DNA from: a virus
Taxonomy: Duplodnaviria; Caudoviricetes
Direction: 5' to 3' (one strand)
DNA length: 55,468 bases
Virus record (IMG/VR): IMGVR_UViG_3300028027_000070
Coordinates: 1-55,468 of that record
Part shown: piece after piece, positions 19,496 through 30,174 of the stretch
How positions within the stretch are numbered: the first letter of the stretch is position 1
How the letters are laid out: every line of letters starts with the position of its first letter
Program-made: the position numbers and the translations under genes
Notes under the pieces: generated by a model
The model's database searches: none
Told to the model about the DNA's origin: nothing
What the model saw: the letters and a program-made list of their open reading frames with translations, nothing else

Positions 19496-19596
19496 CGTAT
19501 TACTCTCGATAGATCTGAACTGAGGTTGATATATAAAATCCAAGAACGATCTAGAGTCTAGTAATAAAAACTAAAAATTAACTAAAATTAAATAAA

Positions 19597-20064
19597 ATGG
19601 CTAACATTGACAACAGCTGCTCTGAGTTAAATATTGAGGATCTTTATTCAAAAAGTAGTGACACTCTTGGGGACATACTAAATTTACAAGCTGATACACA
19701 GAAGAATGTTTATGGTTATAACTTTGATGAAATGAATCTAAGAGAAGTTATGGGATTCTGGCATATGAACACCCATGCAATGATAGATGAAATTCACGAA
19801 GCTACCGATGCACTTGGTGGTATTAAAGATGGAAACGGAAACGCTATATGGAAAAAATGGAAATTAGCTTATGATACTTATGGATCTAAGAAATTTTCCG
19901 ATCTTACAGTGGACGACCAATTGGAATGTAAATTTGAAGTTATAGATATGCTTCATTTCTTCATGAACTACGCAATATCTATAGGTATGACACCTTCTGA
20001 AATGTACAACATGTACATGAGTAAAAATCAAGAAAACAGAAGAAGACAACAAAACAATTATTAA
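19597..20064 (+). CDS. gp56: dCTPase/dUTPase, all-alpha (T4 gp56-like)
   Basis: WKKWK...[19 protein letters not shown]...KNQENRRRQ, closely resembling gp56. Confidence 0.85.
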   Translation: MANIDNSCSELNIEDLYSKSSDTLGDILNLQADTQKNVYGYNFDEMNLREVMGFWHMNTHAMIDEIHEATDALGGIKDGNGNAIWKKWKLAYDTYGSKKFSDLTVDDQLECKFEVIDMLHFFMNYAISIGMTPSEMYNMYMSKNQENRRRQQNNY

Positions 20065-20078
20065 AAAACAAAACAAAA

Positions 20079-21062
20079 ATGGAAGACAGATACTCTTTAC
20101 CAGAACCAATCCTGACGGATAACCCCGGCAGATTTGTAATATTCCCGATCGAACACCATGATATCTGGGAAAGATATAAAGAACAACAAGCATCAATATG
20201 GACAGCAGAGGAAATTGATCTATCTGCTGATCTCAACGATTGGAGAAATAAAATGAATGATGACGAGAGATACTTCATTAAGAACGTTCTGGCGTTTTTT
20301 GCTGCATCTGATGGTATCGTTAATGAGAACCTTGCCGAAAATTTTCTCTCAGAGGTTCAATATGCTGAGGCTAAATTTTTCTATGGTTTCCAAATCATGA
20401 TGGAGAATGTTCACTCTGAGACATATTCTCTCCTTATAGATACCTATATACAGGATCCAGCTGAGAAAGATAGATTATTCAATGCTATTGATAATATACC
20501 TGCTGTTAAGAAAAAAGCTGAATGGGCATTAAATTGGATAGGAAATGCAAGTTTCCAGGAAAGACTTATAGCTTTTGCTGCAGTTGAGGGTATATTCTTC
20601 AGTGGGTCATTTTGTTCTATTTTCTGGATGAAGAAGAGAGGTATGCTTCCTGGCCTTTGTTTTTCTAATGAATTGATTTCTAGAGATGAAGGAATGCATT
20701 GTGATTTTGCTGTTCTTCTTCATAATGAGCACTTAGCTAATAAGGTATCTGAAGAAAGAATAAAGGAAATAATTCTTAGTGCACTTGAGATAGAAAAGGA
20801 ATTCATAACTGAATCCCTGCCTGTTAGATTAATAGGAATGAATCAAGATCTTATGAAGCAGTACCTTGAATTTGTTGCGGATAGATTGCTAGTTGATCTT
20901 GGATGTTCTAAGGTTTATAATGTGGCATGTCCTTTCGATTTTATGGAGAATATAGCTTTGCAAGGAAAAACTAATTTCTTCGAGAAAAAGGTTGGTGACT
21001 ACCAAAAGTCAGGAATAATGAATAAAAATACCGATACCTTTGCTTTTGGCGAGGATTTCTAA
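20079..21062 (+). CDS. nrdB: Ribonucleotide reductase class Ia beta subunit
   Basis: [37 protein letters not shown] and RDEGMH motifs. Confidence 0.97.
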   Translation: MEDRYSLPEPILTDNPGRFVIFPIEHHDIWERYKEQQASIWTAEEIDLSADLNDWRNKMNDDERYFIKNVLAFFAASDGIVNENLAENFLSEVQYAEAKFFYGFQIMMENVHSETYSLLIDTYIQDPAEKDRLFNAIDNIPAVKKKAEWALNWIGNASFQERLIAFAAVEGIFFSGSFCSIFWMKKRGMLPGLCFSNELISRDEGMHCDFAVLLHNEHLANKVSEERIKEIILSALEIEKEFITESLPVRLIGMNQDLMKQYLEFVADRLLVDLGCSKVYNVACPFDFMENIALQGKTNFFEKKVGDYQKSGIMNKNTDTFAFGEDF

Positions 21063-21079
21063 AAAAATTAATCTAAAAT

Positions 21080-23572
21080 ATGTTTGTAACTAAAAGAGAT
21101 GGCTCGAAAGAAGCTGTTAGGTTTGAAAAAATTTCGAATAGAATAAGAAAAATGACATACGGGTTAAACACCGATTATGTTGATGCTATGGAAGTAGCAC
21201 AGAAGGTTATTGCTGGTATCTATGATGGGATAACAACTCAGGAATTAGATAATCTTACTGCTGAGACTGCTGCTTCATTAATACCTAGACATCCTGATTA
21301 TTCTATATTAGCCTCAAGGATAGCGGTATCCAGATTACACAAAACCACCAAGAAAAAATTCTCTGAGACTATACAGGATCTATATGATTATATAAATCCA
21401 GAAACTAACGAACCTGCTGGTATTATAAATGATCTCACGTATGAGGTTGTTATGAAAAATAAACAGAAGCTTGATGGTGCAATTATACATGAAAGAGATT
21501 TTGATTTTGAATATTTCGGATTTAGAACGCTTGAGAAAAGTTATCTATTAAAGACTAATGGTGAAGTGTGCGAATCACCTCAGCACATGTACATGCGTGT
21601 AGCCGCGGGAATATGGGGTGAAGATATAAAGAGCGTTATTAAAACCTATGAGCTTTTGTCAAATCATATGATGACACATGCAACACCTACATTATTTAAT
21701 GCTGGTACTAAGAAACCTCAGTTATCGTCTTGTTTCCTATTAATGATGTCTGATGATTCAATTCCTGGAATTTATAAAACACTTGCTGATGTAGCTGCTA
21801 TATCTCAAAATGCTGGAGGAATAGGTCTTGCTGTACATAATGTGAGAGGTACTGGTTCTTATATTAGAGGTACAAATGGTACTTCTAATGGTATAATTCC
21901 AATGCTTAAAGTTTTCAATGAAACTGCTAGATATGTTGATCAGGGTGGAGGTAAAAGAAAAGGATCTTTTGCTATTTATATAGAGCCTTGGCACTCAGAT
22001 ATCGAGGATTTCCTAGAACTTAGAAAAAATCACGGTAAAGAGGAATTTAGAGCTAGAGATCTTTTCTTAGCTTTATGGACTCCTGATTTATTTATGAAAA
22101 GAGTAGAGGAGGATAAAGAATGGAGTTTATTTTCACCATCCGACGTTCAGGGTCTTTGGGAATTATATGGCGATGAATTTGAAGCTGCATACGAAGCTGC
22201 TGAAGCTGCAGGTAAAGCTAAAAAGACTATGAAAGCTAGAGATCTTTGGACTAGAATCCTTGATGCTCAAATAGAGAACGGTACTCCGTATATCCTATAT
22301 AAGGATGCTGCTAATAAAAAATCAAACCAGAAGAATTTAGGTACAATTAAAAGTTCCAATTTATGTACTGAAATCATGGAATATACTGATAAGGACGAGC
22401 AAGCTGTTTGTAATCTTGCTTCAATTCCGGTTAATAAATTCCTTAAATCTACAGATAATAGAACTTCAAAAATATCAAAGGGAAGATGCGAGGTTGATCA
22501 CCAGGCTCTTTATGATGTTGCATATCAAACAACTCTTAACCTTAATAAAGTTATAGACGTTAATTATTATCCAACAGCAGAGACCAAAAAATCAAACATG
22601 AGACATAGACCTATTGGTATAGGTATTCAGGGTCTTGCTGATTTATTTGCAATTCTTGGTATTCCTTTTGCTTCACCAGAGGCTAAAAGAATCAACGAGG
22701 AAGTATTTGAAACGATATATTTTGCTGCCATGACTTCTTCTATGGCACTTGCTAAGAAGGAAGGAGCTTATGAAACATTCCAAGGATCACCTCTATCTAA
22801 GGGTGAATTCCAATTCAATATGTGGGGATTTAATGATGAACAATTATCTGGAAGATGGGATTGGGCTAAACTTAGAAAAGAAGTAATGAAGAACGGAGCA
22901 AGAAATTCCTTATTGTTAGCTCCTATGCCAACAGCTTCGACAGCTCAAATTATGGGTAACAATGAAGCATTTGAGCCATTCACTTCGAATATATACACAA
23001 GAAGAACTCTAAGTGGTGAATTTATTATAATAAATAAACATCTGGTGAAAGATCTTATTTCTCTTGGTTTATGGAGTGAGGACATGAAAAATCTGATAGT
23101 TTATCATAAAGGTTCTGTTCAGAATATAGAGCAGATACCTGAAAATATTAGAGAGATTTATAGAACTGTTTGGGAGATAAAACAAAAGGATCTTATAGAC
23201 ATGTCAGCAGGAAGAGGTAAATTTATATGTCAATCTCAGTCTCTCAATTTATTTATAGAGAATGTAAATTCTGCTAAATTGACTTCTGCTCACTTCTATT
23301 CATGGAAGGCTGGCCTTAAGACTGGTATGTACTATCTAAGAACTAAAGCAGCAGTTGATGCTCTTGCAGGACTTGGTATAGATATGGAAAAAACTAAAAA
23401 TTCCATGAAAGAATCCGAGATAAAAACAACACCTGCTGAAGTTAGTAAGCCTGTTAATGTTACAATTAACGGAATGACCAGCGAGGAATTAAGCAAGGCT
23501 GCGGAAGAGGTCCTTTCTGGAGTTGCATGTAGTTTGGATAATCCTGACGAATGCGATATGTGTGGATCATAA
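21080..23572 (+). CDS. nrdA: Ribonucleotide reductase class Ia alpha subunit with ATP cone
   Basis: VTKRDG ATP cone, SSCF, SNLCTEI, AVCNL, APMPTAST and C-terminal CDMCGS. Confidence 0.97.
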   Translation: MFVTKRDGSKEAVRFEKISNRIRKMTYGLNTDYVDAMEVAQKVIAGIYDGITTQELDNLTAETAASLIPRHPDYSILASRIAVSRLHKTTKKKFSETIQDLYDYINPETNEPAGIINDLTYEVVMKNKQKLDGAIIHERDFDFEYFGFRTLEKSYLLKTNGEVCESPQHMYMRVAAGIWGEDIKSVIKTYELLSNHMMTHATPTLFNAGTKKPQLSSCFLLMMSDDSIPGIYKTLADVAAISQNAGGIGLAVHNVRGTGSYIRGTNGTSNGIIPMLKVFNETARYVDQGGGKRKGSFAIYIEPWHSDIEDFLELRKNHGKEEFRARDLFLALWTPDLFMKRVEEDKEWSLFSPSDVQGLWELYGDEFEAAYEAAEAAGKAKKTMKARDLWTRILDAQIENGTPYILYKDAANKKSNQKNLGTIKSSNLCTEIMEYTDKDEQAVCNLASIPVNKFLKSTDNRTSKISKGRCEVDHQALYDVAYQTTLNLNKVIDVNYYPTAETKKSNMRHRPIGIGIQGLADLFAILGIPFASPEAKRINEEVFETIYFAAMTSSMALAKKEGAYETFQGSPLSKGEFQFNMWGFNDEQLSGRWDWAKLRKEVMKNGARNSLLLAPMPTASTAQIMGNNEAFEPFTSNIYTRRTLSGEFIIINKHLVKDLISLGLWSEDMKNLIVYHKGSVQNIEQIPENIREIYRTVWEIKQKDLIDMSAGRGKFICQSQSLNLFIENVNSAKLTSAHFYSWKAGLKTGMYYLRTKAAVDALAGLGIDMEKTKNSMKESEIKTTPAEVSKPVNVTINGMTSEELSKAAEEVLSGVACSLDNPDECDMCGS

Positions 23573-23586
23573 AAAAATAAAATCTA

Positions 23587-24255
23587 ATGGATAATAATAA
23601 ATGGTTTAATGATGATGTCATTAAAAAATTCGATGAATTTTTAAATGAAAGAGAGCTACCAGATTCACAGGGAGATGTCCTTGTGATGCTGGGAGCACCA
23701 GGATCAGGAAAGGGTACATTATCAAAACAGTTAAATGAGAAATTTGGGATAAATCATATTTCTACTGGCGATCTAATCAGAAAATCTGATGATCCTGACT
23801 TGAAGAAGATTATCGAGGAAGGTAAGTTTATATCTGATGAGATGATGCTTAAGATGTTAAGAAAGGAACTGAAAAAATTAGATCTTAATAAGGGTATAAT
23901 ATTTGATGGATATCCAAGAACAATAAAACAAGCCAGAAAGTTGGATTCATTACTTGGTAAACTTGGACTTGGTTTAAATCATGCCATATTTATGGATCTT
24001 CCTGAGGAAAAAGCGAAGGAAAGAATAAGAAATAGAGCTAAGAAGGAAGGTAGAAAGGATGATGCTAGCGATGAGGTTATTGATAAAAGATTCGCTGAAT
24101 ATAACGAGAAAACTTTCCCCCTTGTCGATTTTTATAAGAAAAGTAGAAAATTGATAAAAATCGATGCCGACCTTGGTATGGAGGGAGTTCTTAAAGCGAT
24201 TGTAAAAAAACTTGGTCTTAAAGAAGTTAAAAAGAAAAAAGATGAAAAAATCTAG
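23587..24255 (+). CDS. adk: Adenylate kinase (short LID) with N-terminal CTS-like extension
   Basis: GAPGSGKGT, HISTGDLIR, DGYPRT and RKDD motifs; extension IKKFDEFLNE. Confidence 0.92.
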   Translation: MDNNKWFNDDVIKKFDEFLNERELPDSQGDVLVMLGAPGSGKGTLSKQLNEKFGINHISTGDLIRKSDDPDLKKIIEEGKFISDEMMLKMLRKELKKLDLNKGIIFDGYPRTIKQARKLDSLLGKLGLGLNHAIFMDLPEEKAKERIRNRAKKEGRKDDASDEVIDKRFAEYNEKTFPLVDFYKKSRKLIKIDADLGMEGVLKAIVKKLGLKEVKKKKDEKI

Positions 24256-24895
24256 TGAGGATTTTGTAAAATCAATAAAAGAAAAAGTAACGCAACAGAA
24301 GAATACAGAAATAATCCAGAGGAATCTACTCCATGATTCTCTGGATTATTTTTCTTCAGTGCTATCCAAAGATGGTGAAATAGAGGTTAGAAATCAGAAA
24401 AAATTTGATTCTGGAGAATTGAATTGTTTTTTGGGACTGTATTGTGAGAGCGATTCTATACCGGACCATATAAATTCAATATTAGCCACTAATGAATTGG
24501 AGTATAAAGTTCTTGAGCTTGATACTAAAAAAATGGTGTATTGTGTTAATTTTGGTAGAAATATATTATCCTCGCCCCATGATGATAATTTAATATTCCT
24601 TGAATTTAATTTTAAGGGTAAACATATATTTGAGTGTAAAATATCACCAAAAATTGGTCCAATCGATTACTCATTATATGAGAATAAGTATTTCAATATA
24701 AAGGTATGGGTATTCGAGGATGGGATTTTTAATAAGTATGAAATACCACTAATAAATATATCCAGAAGTAAAAGAGGAATAACAAGGGAACTTGACGGTA
24801 AATATAAGGCATCGATAATCTTTGATCTTGTAGGTGAGGTTGAATATATAAAAATTTCTAAAAAAAGAGGAGCAAAACTAGTAACTAAACTATAA
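24242..24895 (+). CDS. Hypothetical protein
   Basis: ORF of ~217 aa overlapping the adk stop. Confidence 0.6.
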   Translation: MKKSSEDFVKSIKEKVTQQKNTEIIQRNLLHDSLDYFSSVLSKDGEIEVRNQKKFDSGELNCFLGLYCESDSIPDHINSILATNELEYKVLELDTKKMVYCVNFGRNILSSPHDDNLIFLEFNFKGKHIFECKISPKIGPIDYSLYENKYFNIKVWVFEDGIFNKYEIPLINISRSKRGITRELDGKYKASIIFDLVGEVEYIKISKKRGAKLVTKL

Positions 24896-24912
24896 TATTT
24901 AAAAAGTTTTAA

Positions 24913-26172
24913 ATGAGTATTAAGAATAAAAAGAAACAAAAAAAGGTTGCAGCTCCAATTAATGTTGCTAGACCTGTTCCTAATAACGTTCAGGTGATAG
25001 ATCTTTGCTTGGTTATGATAGTTAAGGACGAAGAGGACACAATGGAAAGATGTATTAGAGCTGTTGCTCCATATATTAAATATTGGGTAATAGTAGATAC
25101 AGGATCTACAGATAACACAATTAGTGTGATAAATAAAACAATGGAATCCCTAGGTATTCCGGGTGAATTGCACGAGAGACCTTGGGTAAATTTTGAGGTT
25201 AATAGAACTGAAAGTTTAAATCTTGCTAAAGGAAAATGTGATTATAGATGGATTATAGATGCGGATGATACTTTTGTCCCTGAGAATCCTAATATTAATC
25301 CTTTTGCTGGATTGGATAAAGGTCCAGATTGTTATCAGATATTATACAAGCTAAATAATCTTCAATATCACAGAGCACAGATTGTTAAATCTGAACAGAA
25401 TTGGGTTTATAAGGGAGTATTACACGAATTTCTACATTTGGACGAGGAGAAGGAGCAAATTTTCCAAGCTCCCGTCCCGAACTCCTTTGTTATAGCTGAT
25501 ATCTCACCACTTAAGAGAGCGGATTCATTAGAGGAAAAATACTCTAATGATGCCAAGATCCTAGAGGAAGCACTTTTGAAGGAGCCAGGTAATGAAAGAT
25601 ATATGTTCTATCTTGCTCAGAGTTATAGAGATTCAAATCAGCTTGAAAAATCGATAGAAGCCTACGGTAAAAGAATTGCAATGGGCGGATGGGAAGAAGA
25701 GGTTTATTACTCCATGTATATGATTGCTAAGATGAAGGAAAGATTAGGAGCACCTATATCGGAGGTTACCGAGCTTTATTCTAGAGCATGGGAATATAGA
25801 CCATCAAGACTTGAAGCTGTTTTTCATACAATGAGAAAATATAGGGAACAGAAAAGACATCTGATTGCTTTTGCATATGGTGACGTAGCAATAAAAACCA
25901 GAGGTACCCAGGATATACTATTCATAGAGGCTGAGATATGGCAATGGAGACTATTGGATGAATATTCACTAGCAGCACATTATATAGGAAATCCAGAAAT
26001 AGCTATGGAAAAAACCAATGCTATCTTGAACGCCCCTTTCTTCAAGACTTTACCTAGCGATGAACAGAATAGACTTCTTAAGAACATGGACTTCTATAAG
26101 AAAGGTGCACAGGAAAAAGCAAAGCAATCACAGCTAGCTAAAATGGAGGCAGATAAGAATAAAAGAAAGTAA
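24913..26172 (+). CDS. Family 2 glycosyltransferase with TPR repeats
   Basis: LVMIVKDEE, VDTGSTD, IDADD and YKGVLHE motifs; TPR-like YMFYLAQSYRD. Confidence 0.88.
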   Translation: MSIKNKKKQKKVAAPINVARPVPNNVQVIDLCLVMIVKDEEDTMERCIRAVAPYIKYWVIVDTGSTDNTISVINKTMESLGIPGELHERPWVNFEVNRTESLNLAKGKCDYRWIIDADDTFVPENPNINPFAGLDKGPDCYQILYKLNNLQYHRAQIVKSEQNWVYKGVLHEFLHLDEEKEQIFQAPVPNSFVIADISPLKRADSLEEKYSNDAKILEEALLKEPGNERYMFYLAQSYRDSNQLEKSIEAYGKRIAMGGWEEEVYYSMYMIAKMKERLGAPISEVTELYSRAWEYRPSRLEAVFHTMRKYREQKRHLIAFAYGDVAIKTRGTQDILFIEAEIWQWRLLDEYSLAAHYIGNPEIAMEKTNAILNAPFFKTLPSDEQNRLLKNMDFYKKGAQEKAKQSQLAKMEADKNKRK

Positions 26173-26206
26173 TCTTTACCAGATATATAGAATAAAAATT
26201 TAACAA

Positions 26207-26740
26207 ATGAAACATCTTTTAGAATTTGAATCCTATGAGGGTTTGAACGAATCTGGAGTACCTGTCTATAATATGGATGATTTTAGAAGAAGTCCTTCTG
26301 CTGAACCTGAGGATGAGGTATCTACTACAAAAATATTCTCTTATATAAGCGACCTTTTGGATCAGCAAAAAACTGGCGAGGTTCAGGAAATAACAATGAC
26401 TGTCGATCTTCCGATGCAGGGAAAAAAAGCTCCTCAGCATGTTCTTGATACGCTTGATATCGAAAGAAAAAGAATAGAAAAGGAACAACATAGCATAAGA
26501 GGAAGCAGAGTAGAAGCTGCTGATGTAGCACCAGGTGATAATATCTACGGCGGTGAAGGTAGAAATCTTTTCATAGATAGCGAGTATATAGTTACCGGTA
26601 TTACCAATCTGGATGGTGTTGATTTTATTATAGGTCTTCCTGCTTCTAAGAAAAAAGAAGCTTTTGCAACACCAGAGTCGGTTGCTTATTTTTCTACATT
26701 TATCGAGCCCAGACAAATAGAAGAAGTATTTTATTCTTAA
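26207..26740 (+). CDS. Hypothetical protein with CTS-like N-terminus
   Basis: Starts MKHLLEFESYEGLNE; GATATATA at 26182. Confidence 0.7.
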   Translation: MKHLLEFESYEGLNESGVPVYNMDDFRRSPSAEPEDEVSTTKIFSYISDLLDQQKTGEVQEITMTVDLPMQGKKAPQHVLDTLDIERKRIEKEQHSIRGSRVEAADVAPGDNIYGGEGRNLFIDSEYIVTGITNLDGVDFIIGLPASKKKEAFATPESVAYFSTFIEPRQIEEVFYS

Positions 26741-26757
26741 TACAAAACACATAAATT

Positions 26758-26788
26758 AAAACCCTCAATTAAACATTGAGGGTTTTTT
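26758..26788 (+). terminator. Intrinsic terminator
   Basis: AAAACCCTCAAT / ATTGAGGGTTTT stem plus T run. Confidence 0.8.
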
Positions 26789-26839
26789 ATTGAAATTAAT
26801 TTTCGAAAGAGCATATAATAATAAACATAAAAATTAAAT

Positions 26840-28624
26840 ATGGATAATAAGAAGGTCAATAAAACCATAGAGGTACTTACCGATTTCGAGCACATCATAA
26901 AAAGACCAACGATGTATGTTGGATCAGTAAAGAAGAGCGAGGAGACGTTGCCAATAATCGGCGATGGCTTCATTAAGGCGGTGAATAAGGAACATTCTAT
27001 AGGTATGTATAAATTGTTCGATGAGGTGTTTGCAAATTCAGTAGACGAAGCGAAAAGGATGTCTACGTCGATGAAGACCATAATAGTTGAGGTTGATAGT
27101 AAGGAAAATCTTGTTTCTATAACAGATACAGGTGACGGATTCACTAACGGATCAACCATAAACAAGAAGAGTAAGCTTACTAATATCGAGACCGCGGTAT
27201 CCATGCTTAGGGCCGGATCTAATTTCGACAATGATGATATAGCTGAATCTATAGTTGGTACAAACGGTATGGGTGTTTCTTTAGTTAATGCACTTTCAAA
27301 CAAGTTTGAGATCGAAACTACAAATCCATCTGAGACTTATTTACAAACATGGATTTCCTTTAAGTCCAATAAACCAACAATAACTACAAAGAAGAAGGGA
27401 ACAAAAACTGGGACTAGGGTTTCATTCATACCAAATTCATCCGTCTTTGACAATTCTAAATGGGATTATTCAACAATAATATCATATCTTTGTTTAAAAA
27501 AGAGAGTTCTTGAAACCGAGGAAAAAACTGCATCCCTTAAGATAGAATTTATATGGAACGGTAAGAGTGAAACCATACAATCTGGGCTTAATCCTGATTG
27601 GTCAGCAAAAGCAAACATTGGTGAAATACTAATATGGGAGAAAAGACCGGAATCTGGGACTTTCTCTTTTGTTAATAGTGCCCTTTGTACAGGGATACAT
27701 CAGAAAATTATACAGGATAAAATAAACATAGAGCTTGATGATACATTGGGACATCACTTTTATGATACTCTTATTATTCTAAATATGTCACCTAGTATAG
27801 TTAGATTTGGTGATCAGAATAAAACTAAATTTGTTTCCAAGAGGGAGGAAGTCGAGCCTACTATAATGAGACATTTTGATTCCGTCCTCAATAAATTCTT
27901 TAAGAGTGATGTTTATAAAAAAATTAAGAAGTCAGTAGATGACAGAAGAAAAGAGTCGGAATTAAAGAAAATAAGGAAGGAGAAGAAAGGAATTAGAATA
28001 AAGAATTCTAATAAATATTTTCCACCAACAGCCATGAGAGCAGAGAATCTATTTATAGTTGAGGGATTAAGCGCGATGGGATCTATATTACAGAAGAGAG
28101 ATCCTAAAAAAGATGGTGTTTATGCACTGAAGGGAAAAATTAAGAATGCAAGGAGCCTTTCTGATCTCTCTGATAATAGAGAGATATTAGAACTTATGCA
28201 AATATTAAATCTTGATCCGGAGGGACAGAATTTAACATGCCCTTTTGAGAAAGTTGTTATTGCTACTGATCAGGATCCCGACGGAGCACATATCACATCA
28301 TTGTTAATAAATCTTTTTTATACGTGGTTCCCTTGGATGATAAAGCAGAATAGAATACATTTTCTTGATACACCTCTAGTTACAGTGGGTGATAGAGTTA
28401 AAAAATATTACTATTCCATGGATGAATTTAAGAAAGCTAAAGGTGACAAAAATAATGTTAGATATCTTAAGGGTCTCGGTTCATTATCATTGGAAGACTG
28501 GGATCACGTTATGTCTAATAGGAGAGTAACAGTACTTCGTGAAGATCCTGGAACTAAAAAGCATTTAGAGATGGCATTTGGTAAATTGGCAAGTGAGAGA
28601 AAAAAATGGCTAAGCTCGATGTAA
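26840..28624 (+). CDS. Type II topoisomerase ATPase/TOPRIM subunit (GyrB/ParE, T4 gp39+60-like)
   Basis: RPTMYVGS, EVFANSVDE, GTNGMG, VEGLSA, TDQDPDGAHI and YLKGLGS motifs. Confidence 0.93.
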   Translation: MDNKKVNKTIEVLTDFEHIIKRPTMYVGSVKKSEETLPIIGDGFIKAVNKEHSIGMYKLFDEVFANSVDEAKRMSTSMKTIIVEVDSKENLVSITDTGDGFTNGSTINKKSKLTNIETAVSMLRAGSNFDNDDIAESIVGTNGMGVSLVNALSNKFEIETTNPSETYLQTWISFKSNKPTITTKKKGTKTGTRVSFIPNSSVFDNSKWDYSTIISYLCLKKRVLETEEKTASLKIEFIWNGKSETIQSGLNPDWSAKANIGEILIWEKRPESGTFSFVNSALCTGIHQKIIQDKINIELDDTLGHHFYDTLIILNMSPSIVRFGDQNKTKFVSKREEVEPTIMRHFDSVLNKFFKSDVYKKIKKSVDDRRKESELKKIRKEKKGIRIKNSNKYFPPTAMRAENLFIVEGLSAMGSILQKRDPKKDGVYALKGKIKNARSLSDLSDNREILELMQILNLDPEGQNLTCPFEKVVIATDQDPDGAHITSLLINLFYTWFPWMIKQNRIHFLDTPLVTVGDRVKKYYYSMDEFKKAKGDKNNVRYLKGLGSLSLEDWDHVMSNRRVTVLREDPGTKKHLEMAFGKLASERKKWLSSM

Positions 28625-28627
28625 TTA

Positions 28628-28660
28628 TTTTTTAATCCCGAATAAATATTTTATATTTGC
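28628..28660 (+). promoter_or_regulatory. Putative early promoter for host sigma (Bacteroidota -7 element TAnnTTTG)
   Basis: T-run...CG-N11-TATATTTGC; same architecture at 37755, 41298 and 50095, variant at 16335. Confidence 0.7.
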
Positions 28661-28672
28661 ATAAAAAATAAC

Positions 28673-29602
28673 ATGGATAGAAAATTAGGTTACTGCTGCA
28701 TCAACATGACTCTTTCGGAGAGTAAGAATAAGGTCACCACAAATAGGGGAATGGTTAAGAAAACATTTCTTGAGCGAGGGCTTGATTATGTTTCCGAACT
28801 TTCTTTACAAAATGTTAAGGATCTTAAAACAATACTAGAATGGAACGAGTCTAATTCGATAAAGATGTATCGGATGTCCAGTGATATTTTTCCTTGGTGC
28901 TCCGAGTATGAAATATCTGATCTTAATGATTATGTAGAGATATGCGAGATACTTAAGGAGTGTGGAGATTTTGCTAAATCTGTTGATCAGAGAATAACAT
29001 TTCACCCTTCCCCATATGGAGTTCTTGCATCGGAGAGACCCGATGTTGTCGTTAAGGCAATAAAGGAATTATCACAGCACGGAGAGATAATGGATATGAT
29101 GGGATTGGACAGATCTGTTTATTATCCAATAAATATACACATCAACACGACAAAACCTGATAAAGAAACCGCAGCAAATAGATTCTGTGAAAATTTCTCT
29201 TTGTTGCCCGAATCTGTTAAGAGTAGATTAGTTGTAGAGGTTGATGATAAAAAATCACAATATACCTCACTTGATCTATATTCCATGGTTTATCAAAAAA
29301 TCGGTATACCTGTCACTTTCGATTATCTTCACAATGAATGCAATCCACCAGATCTTGACGAAAGAAAATCCCTAGTCGTTTGTTTATCTACATGGCCCAA
29401 CGGTATACCTGCAATAACCCATTATTCAGATTCCAAGAAAATGTTCGAGGATTCATCTGCAAAAGAGGTTGCTCATTCTGATTGGATTTGGCGAGGACCC
29501 GAAACTTATGACCTTTTGTTCGATATAGAATTTGAGGTAAAAATGAAAGAAAAAGCACTATTGAAATACATAGATGAAAAAAATAATAAATTATATGAAT
29601 AA
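28673..29602 (+). CDS. uvsE: UV damage endonuclease
   Basis: LGYCCIN, YRMSSDIFP, RITFHP, FDYLH, HSD and EVKMKE motifs. Confidence 0.92.
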   Translation: MDRKLGYCCINMTLSESKNKVTTNRGMVKKTFLERGLDYVSELSLQNVKDLKTILEWNESNSIKMYRMSSDIFPWCSEYEISDLNDYVEICEILKECGDFAKSVDQRITFHPSPYGVLASERPDVVVKAIKELSQHGEIMDMMGLDRSVYYPINIHINTTKPDKETAANRFCENFSLLPESVKSRLVVEVDDKKSQYTSLDLYSMVYQKIGIPVTFDYLHNECNPPDLDERKSLVVCLSTWPNGIPAITHYSDSKKMFEDSSAKEVAHSDWIWRGPETYDLLFDIEFEVKMKEKALLKYIDEKNNKLYE

Positions 29603-29828
29603 AGATATAATAGAAGAATTTGAGAATTCGCTATCAGATAACATAAAAAACCCGGATATAAAATATAGCCTGGATAAGCTTATAGATGGGGAAGTTAAAT
29701 ATGGGTATTTGGTTGAAAATTTCGGGAAGGATAAAGTTGATGCATTAGTATCAGATTTCTTATTTTTAGCAGATTTTGATTTCTTCACCACAATAAAAGA
29801 AAAATTACAGGAAGAAAAAAATGATTAG
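29595..29828 (+). CDS. Hypothetical protein
   Basis: Small ORF coupled to its neighbours. Confidence 0.55.
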   Translation: MNKDIIEEFENSLSDNIKNPDIKYSLDKLIDGEVKYGYLVENFGKDKVDALVSDFLFLADFDFFTTIKEKLQEEKND

Positions 29829-30174
29829 TCTCAATGGATCTGGAATGAGCGGATTTCCAACACACCCACAGCATAGCATATTAAAAAAACATATTGAAAG
29901 ATGCATACAGGACATATTTCTTAATTCATTAAGGGAAAGAGCTGATGATCTCGTATATGTTTTTGATAATGATGAACAGATAGATTTGTTTATAAATAGA
30001 ATGCTAAAATATTGGGAAGGTGTAGAAAAATATGAAACCTGCATGGAAATAAAAAATCTTTCCTCCCCACTTAGAGACAAATGGAGAACTCGAGGAGTTA
30101 TTGATCCAGGAGAGGCCTCAATAAAGATAAAGGATATTTTTAAATCAACTTTGAATAATGGGGGATCACTATAA
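29821..30174 (+). CDS. Hypothetical protein with UVR-like ExxExYExC motif
   Basis: [20 protein letters not shown]. Confidence 0.65.
   Translation: MISLNGSGMSGFPTHPQHSILKKHIERCIQDIFLNSLRERADDLVYVFDNDEQIDLFINRMLKYWEGVEKYETCMEIKNLSSPLRDKWRTRGVIDPGEASIKIKDIFKSTLNNGGSL

Noticed and set aside
20079-23572. Eukaryotic or giant-virus origin suggested by the RNR and the MBD4-like gene
   Set aside because: T4-like core genes, a tmRNA, operons and bacterial promoters indicate a bacteriophage; this RNR subtype also occurs in Bacteroidota.
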